The translations under genes and the position numbers were made by a program. A DNA stretch of 35,473 nt, from NCBI GenBank assembly GCA_964580845.1, contig CAZOLA010000011.1, positions 24,660 to 60,132 on the forward strand, given 5' to 3'. The stretch is from an uncultured Sphingobacterium sp. (GTDB lineage Bacteria > Bacteroidota > Bacteroidia > Sphingobacteriales > Sphingobacteriaceae). Under the pieces are notes generated by a model. It searched no databases and was not told the origin of the DNA. It was given only the letters and a program-made list of their open reading frames with translations. Shown here piece after piece: positions 24,853-33,933 of the stretch. Within the stretch, counting starts at the first letter, position 1; each line of letters begins with the position of its first letter.

Positions 24853-27462
24853 TCAATTCAGTTGAGTAGCCACTACACATGGCCTGATATAAGTCTTAAC
24901 CTTTCCACTGAGGTCGAAAACTTGTAGGTGAATCAAATAAATCCCAATTGGAACTCTTTCTGATTGATCGTTCAGGCCATCCCAAATAAAGGCACCGCTT
25001 GCTCCCAGCGTCATATTTTTTACTAAATATCTTATGGGCAAGCCCTGATCTGAATAAATCCGAAGATTAGCCACCAGTCCGGCTTGGGCAAATTGGTAGT
25101 GTATGGTCAAGGCATCTTCAAAACCATCATTATCAGGGGAGAGGGTGGTAGATTCCAGACTGAGTTCGTCTGAAAGTGCTTGGCCTGCAATAAATTGAGA
25201 ATTTTGGTAACCCGGTGTGGCAAATCCCACGCTGGCCGCTGCCGAGCGGAAGTTGCCGGGCTCGTTAGTAGCAATGGCAAAGCTACTGCGTTCCAATGAT
25301 ACACCCTCTGCATTTTTGATGAGTGGGAAATGCATACTTTCTGTGTAGTTGAGTTGGTCGATGAGGAGTGAATCGGATCTAATTAGCAGCACTACTCCAG
25401 CGTCGTCGTTAAATGCTGGTAAACTATTTACTTCAATGAGTTTAGCCATTGGTGCTGACGGATATTCCGTTTGGATGTTGATGGGGTTGGTGCTGATGGC
25501 ACGGTATGCTTGAGATTCAATTAGTAATTGTGTCGGGCTGATATTTTTAACAGCAATCAAACTGTCCTTTTCGTTTAGGCTCGCAATACGAAGATCTTTC
25601 AGGTCCAGATCATGATCACTATTATTATAAATTTCCACAAAATCAACTCCGCCAGTTCTGGGATTAAAGAGTATTTCACTGATCAAGAGCGCTCCCTTTT
25701 TTATTTGATCGGCCAGATAAAAAGAAATACTATTATTCGGAGCTGTCAGTAAGTCCCCTTTACAATCGCTCACCGCTCCGCAGCTCAAGGTATAATTTTT
25801 ACCTAAGGCGGGTGCTACGGCAAAAGTCATTTTCACCCCTTGAAAATAAGGTCCAATTGCGACTGCAGTTAAAGGCTGGCCTATACCGTTATTGAGGCTG
25901 TAATGTTGCGGATTGGCAGCAGAGGTGCTATCTACAAAACGATTAAACTGAACCCTCAGTGTTAGCTGATCGAGCATTTCTGCTGAAATTACTTTCAAGG
26001 CTTCCACAGGAAGATTTGGCAAATAAACGCTGTTGATTTGAGCAGGGGTTCCTCCTGAAATATGTTGACTGGCTGTCCAGTTTTGAATGCCTGAGCAATA
26101 TGCTTTTGGATTGATGAGTTCTAATGACCAGCCACCTTGTTTTTTAAGTGAATCTTTGTACCAGATATCCGTATAACTAACCTGGTTGATGACTTGTCCG
26201 TTGGCATTTTTTAAGATCAGCTGATCGCCAGCGTTATTGAGGCTGGGCCATGGAGAGATACCGATTACTTTTCCGAAGCTGCTGAAGTTGCCCACATCGG
26301 TGTTCGCACAAATGATTACTAGTTCATTTGGTAACAAGCTTTCATTTGCAAAAGTGTAGCTGGTAGTGCCATCGCTATACGTCCATTTATCCAAAGAAAT
26401 TGGCTGATCAGTGGTATTCCATAATTCAATGAATTCTACGCCAGGGAGGTCAATTTGCGGAGAAGGGTCGGCAAAAATTTCGTTAATGACTACATCGTTT
26501 TGCTGGGCTTCGTATGGTTTGATAAAATTAAAATCCAGACTGTACGGACCGTTTTGTTCGTTAAAGTTGTAATCTATCAGGTTACTTACGGTTAAGCTAT
26601 ATTGATTGGTATTGAGTTCATTTACAAACTCAAGGATGAATTCATTTGCTGAGTTACCGGCCGTAACGGAAATTGGCTGACCATAATTATTGTTCAGACT
26701 ATAATTTGCAGGATTTTGTGCACTTTGAGGCATTACAGGCTCATTGAACATTAGTTTCAGCTTTTTGGAGTCCATGCTTTCCACTGCCACCAGTTGAGGA
26801 GGCTCACCATCTGCAGTTAGGTGGCCGATCTGGATATTGTCGAAAATATACTTGTCTGAATTGCTGGAGCTGTATTTACATTGCATTCCAAACCAACCGC
26901 CTGCCAAATGTTTCATATCTGTAACACTTCCTTCTGAAATAAAGTTATTACCACCCAATATATCTGTTTGTACTTCCCATAATCCATCAATCGTTCTGCT
27001 TACCCTCACTTTCGCCAACAACTGATTTGCATTTACTCTTGTTTTTGGCGGGCCATCGATGATTTTAGTCAATGTGGCACCATCCTGACGATAGAGATCA
27101 TACGAGTCGGTGGAACCGGATTCTCCGATTAGTACGAAATAGCCATTCAGGTCTCCACTCAAGTCTATATGATCAGACATCAAATAAACTCTTACCTGAT
27201 TATTGGTCGATGGATCCAGATTGATTTGGACGTAAAACTCCCAAACTGCATTTAATGTTTTCTGATTAGGAGCAACCAAGTTTACTACCTGCCCAATCCC
27301 ACCAGAATTAGCGGTCTGTAATTGTAAGCCGGCATTGACCAGAAATCCGTTGCCTGTCCAAGATGGATTATTGCTGAGCTCCCCATCCGAAAAATCTTCA
27401 CTAATTTGCCCAAAGGCAGATTTCGAAATCAAGAATATCAGAATGAGTAAACAATTCTTCAT
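24853..27462 (-). CDS. Large secreted protein with two lamin-tail domains (LTD) and a T9SS type-B C-terminal sorting domain
   Basis: Signal peptide MKNCLLILIFLISKSAFGQ. The track start at 27477 is TTG, so I moved it to the ATG at 27462. Two LTD signatures (VVINEIFADPSP...VEFIELWNTTDQPISL and LLISEILFNPRTGGVDFVEIYNNSDHDLDL). The C-terminus (SPDNDGFED...NLRIYSDQGLPIRYL...FIWDGLND...GIYLIHLQV) matches the type-B T9SS CTD pattern (SPNGDGxND...IyNRwG..v...WdG...G.YyY). Confidence 0.7.
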   Translation of the reverse strand: MKNCLLILIFLISKSAFGQISEDFSDGELSNNPSWTGNGFLVNAGLQLQTANSGGIGQVVNLVAPNQKTLNAVWEFYVQINLDPSTNNQVRVYLMSDHIDLSGDLNGYFVLIGESGSTDSYDLYRQDGATLTKIIDGPPKTRVNANQLLAKVRVSRTIDGLWEVQTDILGGNNFISEGSVTDMKHLAGGWFGMQCKYSSSNSDKYIFDNIQIGHLTADGEPPQLVAVESMDSKKLKLMFNEPVMPQSAQNPANYSLNNNYGQPISVTAGNSANEFILEFVNELNTNQYSLTVSNLIDYNFNEQNGPYSLDFNFIKPYEAQQNDVVINEIFADPSPQIDLPGVEFIELWNTTDQPISLDKWTYSDGTTSYTFANESLLPNELVIICANTDVGNFSSFGKVIGISPWPSLNNAGDQLILKNANGQVINQVSYTDIWYKDSLKKQGGWSLELINPKAYCSGIQNWTASQHISGGTPAQINSVYLPNLPVEALKVISAEMLDQLTLRVQFNRFVDSTSAANPQHYSLNNGIGQPLTAVAIGPYFQGVKMTFAVAPALGKNYTLSCGAVSDCKGDLLTAPNNSISFYLADQIKKGALLISEILFNPRTGGVDFVEIYNNSDHDLDLKDLRIASLNEKDSLIAVKNISPTQLLIESQAYRAISTNPINIQTEYPSAPMAKLIEVNSLPAFNDDAGVVLLIRSDSLLIDQLNYTESMHFPLIKNAEGVSLERSSFAIATNEPGNFRSAAASVGFATPGYQNSQFIAGQALSDELSLESTTLSPDNDGFEDALTIHYQFAQAGLVANLRIYSDQGLPIRYLVKNMTLGASGAFIWDGLNDQSERVPIGIYLIHLQVFDLSGKVKTYIRPCVVATQLN

Positions 27463-27519
27463 ATTTGTATCAAACAAACACTTTACTTAAAAATAAATAA
27501 AAAATTTTAATTATAAATT

Positions 27520-28509
27520 ATGAAAGTTGCAGTGGTGGGTGCCACGGGTTTAGTAGGCACCATGATGTTGAAAGTGTTGGAGGAGCGTAATTTCCCGCTT
27601 ACCGAATTGATTCCTGTAGCCTCTGCAAAGAGTGCAGGCAAGGAAATCCAATTCAAGGGTAAGAGTTATAAGGTAGTTACCGTGGAAGATGCCATTGCAG
27701 CCAAACCGAATATTGCTTTATTCTCTGCCGGAGGGGGGACTTCGTTGGAGCAGGCGCCCAAGTTTGCAGCCATAGGTACCACCGTCATCGATAATTCTTC
27801 TGCCTGGAGAATGGATCCGGAAAAAAAACTGGTGGTGCCGGAAGTGAACGCTTCGGTATTGACCAAAACCGATAAGATCATTGCTAACCCCAATTGTTCG
27901 ACTATCCAGATGGTGGTGGCTTTAAAGCCATTGCACGAAAAATATAAAATCAAGCGGGTGGTAGTTTCTACCTATCAGTCGGTAACCGGCACGGGTGTAA
28001 AAGCCGTGGATCAGCTGATGAATGAGCGTAAGGGAATTCAGGGTGAGATGGCCTATCCCTATGTGATTGACTTGAACGTGATCCCTCAAATTGATGTGTT
28101 CCAGGAGAATGGTTATACCAAAGAGGAGATGAAAATGATCAAGGAAACCCAGAAGATCATGGGCGACGATTCGATCAAGGTTACTGCTACTACCGTTCGT
28201 ATTCCAGTAATGGGAGGTCACTCCGAATCGGTAAATATTGAATTTGAAAAAGATTTCGACTTGGCAGAAGTTCGCCGTCTGCTCGAAAACCAGGAGGGAG
28301 TTTTGGTAGTGGATGATCCGGCTAACTTGAAATACCCGATGCCGAAAGATGCGCACAACCGCGATGAAGTATTTGTAGGCCGTATCCGCCGTGATGAATC
28401 ACAGCCGAATACCCTCAACATGTGGATCGTATCCGACAACCTACGTAAGGGTGCGGCTACCAATGCGGTGCAGATTGCAGAATACCTGTTAGCTAAAGGC
28501 CTGATCTAA
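27520..28509 (+). CDS. asd: Aspartate-semialdehyde dehydrogenase
   Basis: NAD(P)-binding N-terminus (KVAVVGATGLVG) and active-site Cys context (IANPNCSTIQ). 329 aa. Confidence 0.9.
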   Translation: MKVAVVGATGLVGTMMLKVLEERNFPLTELIPVASAKSAGKEIQFKGKSYKVVTVEDAIAAKPNIALFSAGGGTSLEQAPKFAAIGTTVIDNSSAWRMDPEKKLVVPEVNASVLTKTDKIIANPNCSTIQMVVALKPLHEKYKIKRVVVSTYQSVTGTGVKAVDQLMNERKGIQGEMAYPYVIDLNVIPQIDVFQENGYTKEEMKMIKETQKIMGDDSIKVTATTVRIPVMGGHSESVNIEFEKDFDLAEVRRLLENQEGVLVVDDPANLKYPMPKDAHNRDEVFVGRIRRDESQPNTLNMWIVSDNLRKGAATNAVQIAEYLLAKGLI

Positions 28510-28523
28510 TATTTATGCCTCAT

Positions 28524-28558
28524 AAAAAAGCCTCTCCGAAACTCGGAGAGGCTTTTTT
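28524..28558. terminator. Bidirectional rho-independent terminator between asd and the convergent S9 peptidase gene
   Basis: A6 tract, stem GCCTCTCCGA (28530-28539), loop AAC, stem TCGGAGAGGC (28543-28552), then T6. Confidence 0.75.
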
Positions 28559-28574
28559 GTTTTCGGCCTTTATC

Positions 28575-30626
28575 TTATTTTAAATAAGTAGCTAGCCAAT
28601 CCTGCATCTGCTGGTAATGGAAACGGCTGTTTTCTGCATTTAAGATCCAGTGGTTCTCATCTGGGAAAACGACCAGCTTCACCGGAACCTTCAAACGTTG
28701 ATGTATGGCATAATTTTCCAGTGAGTTGTTGATTGGTACCCGGTAATCGCGTTCGCCAATGGTAATCAGCATCGGAGTTTTGAAGTTAGCCGCAAAGCGG
28801 ATAGGGTTCTGCTCAGTAAAGGTTTTGGTTTTCTCCCAAGGCAATCCGCCATTCATCACTTCACGACCATAAATACCGTCGCTGGTGCCCCACTGCACTT
28901 CTGAGTTCACCAGACCCGCATGATTGATGATGCATTTGTAATGCGAAGTGGTACCCTGCATCCAGCTGGCCAGGTGACCGCCATAGCTGGCACCACCCAC
29001 CGCCTGGCGGCTACCATCAATAAAATTCCATTTATTGATCGCAAAAGCAGCAGCTTCATTGATCTCATCGGCTGGTCCCTTAAATGGATCGTACTGGATA
29101 TCCTGCGCAAACTTTTCACCAAAGCCAGTAGAGCCGGTATAGTTAGTTAATACCAACACATAGCCCGGTTTAGCTAGCAGGTGATAGTTCCAGCGATACC
29201 CCCAGTTGTCTTTATAAGCACTTGCCGGACCGCCATGCATCACTACAAATAATGGGTATTTTTTATTGGGATCGAATCCGGCAGGGCGAACTATAATGTT
29301 GTGGATTTGCTTGCCTCTACTGCTGGTAAACCAGAATTCTTCAATTTCAGGCATATCCAAAGCAGCCAGTGCTGCTTGGTTAAATGTACTGATGGCTTTA
29401 CTTTCTCCACTATTGGCATCTAATCGTACTACTTCGGATGGCATGTTGGCGTCGTCGTAGTTCGCTACAATCACTTTACCATCATCCGAAACTGAAACGG
29501 CATTGAAACAGCCTTTTTTTCCTTTAGTCAGCAGACTCAATTGTTTTTTAGTCAGGTTATACTGATAAATTTTATCATGCCCCTGATCTTCTACACTCAT
29601 AAAAATGCTTTGATTTTTTACCGTGTAGCTGTTCACCGGACGGTCGAGTTCTGGAGCGATATAAGCCTTATTTTTAAGGGAAGGCCAGTCAAAACGAGCC
29701 AGTTTTCCTAAATCGTATACTTTGTAATTGCCAAAGGCACTTTCGGTAGCAAATAAAGTTTTGCCATCCGGGCTAAAGTTGGGCGCATAAAATCCTGCTT
29801 TTTCGCTTTCCAGGATGAGTTTCGAATCCTGTCCGCCTAATCCTAACTGATACAGTTTATATATTGCTTCCTGCGATGCTTGTACCTGTCCATCCAGCGT
29901 AGCTGAAAAAACAATGCCACGGCCATCAGGCGTCCAGCTGTAACCACCCAGCCGGAAACCAGGGTCGTTAATGATGCTCATTTTGCTGAAAATATTCGTA
30001 GCCGAAGTGCTGTCGAGATTTTGAACATAGAGGTGTGTCTGTTTCTCATCACGCCAGCGATCAAAATCCCGGATTGGGAAGCCGGTGTACACCCGGGCTT
30101 TATACTTGATTTTTTTCTTCTCGTCGGCTATTTTCTTACTCAAGGCTTCGGTAAAAGCACCAGGAAATACGCTGCTGCTGAACAGGATGGCTTTCCCATC
30201 AGGGCTCCAGTTTGGAGCAGCGGCACCAGTAGAAATATTGGTAAAACGCTGTGCTTCGCCACCGTTTTTCATATTCATCAAGTAAATCTGACTTGTCTCC
30301 TCGCCATCTCTACGGGCTACAAATGCCAGAGTCTTGCTGTCTGGGCTCCATTGGTAGCCCGACTCGCCGGCTTTGCCCGAAGTGATTTTTCGTGGAGCAG
30401 CACTGCCGTCGGCAGGGGCGATCCACAAATCATTTACTACTTCTTTTTCATCATAACTGGGTTCCTGCACACTGAAAACTACCCACTTCCCATCCGGGCT
30501 AACTTCAGGTGTGCCTACTCTTTTCATCATCCACATGCTTTCGTGGCTGATGGCTTTTTTATCCTGTGCCAGTGCAAAGTTCAAGCTGAACATAGCCAGG
30601 AAGACATAAATCATTAATCGTTTCAT
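28575..30626 (-). CDS. S9-family serine peptidase (prolyl oligopeptidase / dipeptidyl-peptidase type) with an N-terminal beta-propeller
   Basis: Signal peptide (MKRLMIYVFLAMFSLNFALAQ). Repeated WSPDGK propeller blades. C-terminal catalytic GxSxGG (GGASYGGHLASW) with Asp/His downstream (FPDENHWI). Confidence 0.85.
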   Translation of the reverse strand: MKRLMIYVFLAMFSLNFALAQDKKAISHESMWMMKRVGTPEVSPDGKWVVFSVQEPSYDEKEVVNDLWIAPADGSAAPRKITSGKAGESGYQWSPDSKTLAFVARRDGEETSQIYLMNMKNGGEAQRFTNISTGAAAPNWSPDGKAILFSSSVFPGAFTEALSKKIADEKKKIKYKARVYTGFPIRDFDRWRDEKQTHLYVQNLDSTSATNIFSKMSIINDPGFRLGGYSWTPDGRGIVFSATLDGQVQASQEAIYKLYQLGLGGQDSKLILESEKAGFYAPNFSPDGKTLFATESAFGNYKVYDLGKLARFDWPSLKNKAYIAPELDRPVNSYTVKNQSIFMSVEDQGHDKIYQYNLTKKQLSLLTKGKKGCFNAVSVSDDGKVIVANYDDANMPSEVVRLDANSGESKAISTFNQAALAALDMPEIEEFWFTSSRGKQIHNIIVRPAGFDPNKKYPLFVVMHGGPASAYKDNWGYRWNYHLLAKPGYVLVLTNYTGSTGFGEKFAQDIQYDPFKGPADEINEAAAFAINKWNFIDGSRQAVGGASYGGHLASWMQGTTSHYKCIINHAGLVNSEVQWGTSDGIYGREVMNGGLPWEKTKTFTEQNPIRFAANFKTPMLITIGERDYRVPINNSLENYAIHQRLKVPVKLVVFPDENHWILNAENSRFHYQQMQDWLATYLK

Positions 30627-30713
30627 AATTGGTTTAATTGCATTTAGGATGTTTAAATATATCGATTCGCACGGTAAGAGATCCTCTGTATCTAAATTTT
30701 TATAATTTTAAGC

Positions 30714-32129
30714 ATGCGATACCTAACCACCCTGCTGTTTTTGTTCTCCTTTTATCTGCTTAAAGGCCAAACTTCTTTAAGTCAAAAAATTAAACAGGCT
30801 TATGAGCGATTGGAGGCCGATCCGCAAATGGCTTTTGCTTCGGCTTCTTTGACCGTGCTCAATGCAGATAATGGTGAAGTGCTTTTTTCTAAAAATGGGA
30901 ATATGGGTTTGGCTCCGGCTTCCAGTCTTAAAACCATTACTGCTGCTACTGCATTTTATTTATTGGGATCCGATTTTACTTATGAGACCAATTTAGCGTA
31001 TACTGGTACCATCAGCCCTTCGGGAATTTTAGATGGTGATGTGTACATTTTAGGAGGTGGAGACCCCAGTTTAGGTAGCTGGCGTTTCGACCAAACAAAA
31101 ACAGAAGTGGTGTTAGGAGCTTGGCTTAATGCAATTAAAAATGCAGGCATCAAACAAATAAAGGGTCAAATTATTGCCGATGACCATTTATTTGGTACCC
31201 AGATTATTCCCGATGGCTGGATCTGGCAGGATGTGGGTAATTATTACGGCGGCGGGGCTTCTTCGCTCAGCTGGAGAGAGAACCAATTTGATGTTTACAT
31301 ACGTCCGGGAAACAAGGTGGGCGAATCGGTCACACTGAAGAGCATATTTCCAGCTATGCCCTATATTCAGTTTGTAAATGAAGTGCTTACCGGCAAAGCA
31401 GGCACCGGCGATCAGGTTTATGCCTACATGGCTCCGAATTCTAATTTGATTTATTTGCGTGGCACTTATGCCATTGATTTAAGTAAACCAGTTTCGCCCG
31501 CCATTCCCGATCCGGCTTTAGACCTTGCCTACCGATTGGCAGATACACTACAAATTGCCGGCATACCGGTTGCAAAAGGAACCAGCAGCTGGCGTAAGCT
31601 TCAGTCTGAAAATATATCACTCAATCCGAATTATCGTCTAATTCATAATACCCGCTCTCCCAGCTTGAGCGCTTTGGTTTATTGGTTCAATAGGAAGAGT
31701 ATCAACCTATACGGCGAAAATTTTCTCAAGACCTTTGCATGGAAGAAGGGCAAGCCGACACATACCGCTGATGCTGTGTCAATTGTAAAAGATTTCTGGC
31801 AAGAAAAATTGAACATCGATCCGCGTTCACTGAATATTTATGATGGCAGCGGACTTTCTCCTGCCAACCGTGTGACCACTCAATCCATGGCACGGATTCT
31901 ACAATTTGTTAGAAAAGAACCTTGGTATGCTCCATTTTACGAAAGTCTGCCACTATACAATCAAATGAAAATGAAAAGCGGCAGCATTGCTGATGTTTTG
32001 GCATATGCAGGTTACCACACCAATGCAGGTGGTCAAAATTTGGTCTTCTCGTTTATGATAAATAATTACAACGGGAGTACAGCAGCTATCCGGCAAAAGA
32101 TGTTCAGGGTTTTAGACGAATTGAAATAA
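30714..32129 (+). CDS. dacB: D-alanyl-D-alanine carboxypeptidase/endopeptidase (PBP4, S13 family)
   Basis: Signal peptide. SxxK motif (PASSLKTITAATA) and a KTG-like KSG motif (KMKSGSIADV). About 471 aa, typical of PBP4. Confidence 0.8.
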   Translation: MRYLTTLLFLFSFYLLKGQTSLSQKIKQAYERLEADPQMAFASASLTVLNADNGEVLFSKNGNMGLAPASSLKTITAATAFYLLGSDFTYETNLAYTGTISPSGILDGDVYILGGGDPSLGSWRFDQTKTEVVLGAWLNAIKNAGIKQIKGQIIADDHLFGTQIIPDGWIWQDVGNYYGGGASSLSWRENQFDVYIRPGNKVGESVTLKSIFPAMPYIQFVNEVLTGKAGTGDQVYAYMAPNSNLIYLRGTYAIDLSKPVSPAIPDPALDLAYRLADTLQIAGIPVAKGTSSWRKLQSENISLNPNYRLIHNTRSPSLSALVYWFNRKSINLYGENFLKTFAWKKGKPTHTADAVSIVKDFWQEKLNIDPRSLNIYDGSGLSPANRVTTQSMARILQFVRKEPWYAPFYESLPLYNQMKMKSGSIADVLAYAGYHTNAGGQNLVFSFMINNYNGSTAAIRQKMFRVLDELK

Positions 32130-33362
32130 TTACTCGTAGCGCAGGGCTTCAACCGGGTCTAATTTAGAGGCTTTTGAGGCTGGATAAAAACCGGAAATCA
32201 CCCCAACGCCTACACAGATGATAATTCCTAGGGTCATCCATAACCATGGGATGATGAAGCTTCCGCCCAAAGCAATGGCTACTAAATTGCCAATTAAAAT
32301 CCCAAGGATGATCCCGCTGAGTCCACCCAATAAACAGATTACAATGGCTTCCATCAAGAATTGACGTCGAATGACTTCGGGAGTGGCACCTATTGCTTTT
32401 CTGATTCCAATTTCGCGAGTACGCTCCGTTACCGAAACCAGCATGATATTCATTAAGCCAATGGAAGCGCCCACTAAAGTGATGAAGCCGATTACAATGG
32501 CAGCCAAGGTTACGTATTTTATATTTTCGAGCAGGGTTTGTGCAATGGCATCACTCTTGGTCACCTCAAAATTATTGTCATCCTGAACCCTTAGTTTTCG
32601 TACATTTCTGAATACACCAGTTGCTTCACCCACGGCCGCTTCCATTTTACCGGGATCATTTACCATCACAGAAATGGTGTAGGAGGGATTGCTCAGGGTC
32701 ATGATTTGTTTGGCCCTCAAAAGTGGGATTACACATACTTTATCACCACCAAAACCAACACTAGAGCCTTTTTCAGCAAATACTCCAATCACCCTGAACT
32801 TATTGTTTCCAACGGTAATGATGCGATTGATTGGGTCGCTGTTTTTGAAAAGTTTGGTTTTTAATTCGTGCCCAATGATGGTGACCGAATTGCCATAGTC
32901 TAATTCGCCTTGGGAAAAATTACGACCAGCGGCCAGTTTATAACCTCCGGTAAACAAATAACTGTCATCAGCCCCCAAAACAGAAATATTAGGATTGGTT
33001 TTTTCGGTGCCGTATTTGGCCGTACCTGCAAACGAGGCAAAGGTATTTACGGAGATGATTGCCGGAAAATCGAAACGATTTTTAAAAGCAACGGCTTCCT
33101 GATAGCTGATGGGCTTAAATCTTTTTGGTCGGGTGCCGCCTCCGCCGATTCTGATGCCAATTCCGCGATTTCTGATGGTGAAGGAGTTGGAGCCCATACT
33201 GGAGAAGGTGTTGTTGAGCGAGCTTTTGATCGCATCGATGGAAGTCAGAATTCCAACCAAAGCCATCAGACCAAAAGCAATGATGAGCGCAGTTAAAAAT
33301 GTACGCAGCTTATTGCTTTTTACTGATTGCATCGCAACCTTTACGTTCTCCGAATAGTTCAT
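32130..33362 (-). CDS. FtsX/MacB-type ABC transporter permease with no adjacent ATPase gene
   Basis: One N-terminal TM helix, a large extracytoplasmic domain and three C-terminal TM helices (410 aa) form the MacB/FtsX-like permease layout. Its stop codon directly abuts the dacB stop. Confidence 0.75.
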   Translation of the reverse strand: MNYSENVKVAMQSVKSNKLRTFLTALIIAFGLMALVGILTSIDAIKSSLNNTFSSMGSNSFTIRNRGIGIRIGGGGTRPKRFKPISYQEAVAFKNRFDFPAIISVNTFASFAGTAKYGTEKTNPNISVLGADDSYLFTGGYKLAAGRNFSQGELDYGNSVTIIGHELKTKLFKNSDPINRIITVGNNKFRVIGVFAEKGSSVGFGGDKVCVIPLLRAKQIMTLSNPSYTISVMVNDPGKMEAAVGEATGVFRNVRKLRVQDDNNFEVTKSDAIAQTLLENIKYVTLAAIVIGFITLVGASIGLMNIMLVSVTERTREIGIRKAIGATPEVIRRQFLMEAIVICLLGGLSGIILGILIGNLVAIALGGSFIIPWLWMTLGIIICVGVGVISGFYPASKASKLDPVEALRYE

Positions 33363-33384
33363 TATGTATGGCTATAAATAAAAA

Positions 33385-33408
33385 ATCCCGCTTATTTGAC
33401 AGCGGGAC
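33385..33408 (-). terminator. Rho-independent terminator on the minus strand after the erpA/iscA-like gene
   Basis: Reading the minus strand: stem TCCCGCT, loop GTCAAATAA, stem AGCGGGA, then TTTTT. The plus-strand side lacks a T-tract, so it should act in one direction only. Confidence 0.6.
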
Positions 33409-33434
33409 TATAGGAAATGTTACACTCAGAGAGA

Positions 33435-33785
33435 TTATACTGAAAAAGAGGTGCCGCAACCGCAGGTACTGCTGGCGTTCGGATTATTAAATGTGAAGCC
33501 TCTGGCATTTAATCCGTGCTGAAAATCAATCTCCATACCGGCTAAATACAAACCATGGGCCTTATTCATAAAAATTCGGATACCGTCCAACTCATATTCT
33601 TGGTCGCCGTCTTTTTTCTGATCGAAGCCTAAAATATAGTTCATCCCAGCGCAACCGCCACCTTCTACACCAACTCTCAGCGCAAAATCAGGGCCGATCT
33701 CTTGTTGATCTATCAGCTTCTTGATTTCTATTTTGGCACCCTCGGTAAAACTAACCGGAGCCTGGTTGATTATTGTAGTGCTCAT
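33435..33785 (-). CDS. erpA: Iron-sulfur cluster insertion / A-type carrier protein (HesB/IscA/ErpA family)
   Basis: Conserved Cys triad contexts (GGGCAGMNY and CGCGTSFSV). 116 aa. Confidence 0.85.
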   Translation of the reverse strand: MSTTIINQAPVSFTEGAKIEIKKLIDQQEIGPDFALRVGVEGGGCAGMNYILGFDQKKDGDQEYELDGIRIFMNKAHGLYLAGMEIDFQHGLNARGFTFNNPNASSTCGCGTSFSV

Positions 33786-33933
33786 ACTTAACAGTTTTAT
33801 GATACAAATATAAGCTTATTCGTTGGTCTGCCTGTTCAGAAAGTTCCTTTTTACGCTAAGTCAACAAAGTAAATTAGCGATGGATATGTTTTTATTTTCT
33901 CTAAAAACCCGATATTGGGAATCATTTTAAAAA

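Noticed and set aside
30021-30617. 198-aa plus-strand ORF
   Set aside because: Antisense within the S9 peptidase gene, which carries the canonical GxSxGG catalytic motif. No start context or motif supports it.
32910-33296. 128-aa plus-strand ORF
   Set aside because: Antisense within the FtsX-type permease gene. Gly/Ser/Ala-rich, consistent with a reverse-frame artefact.
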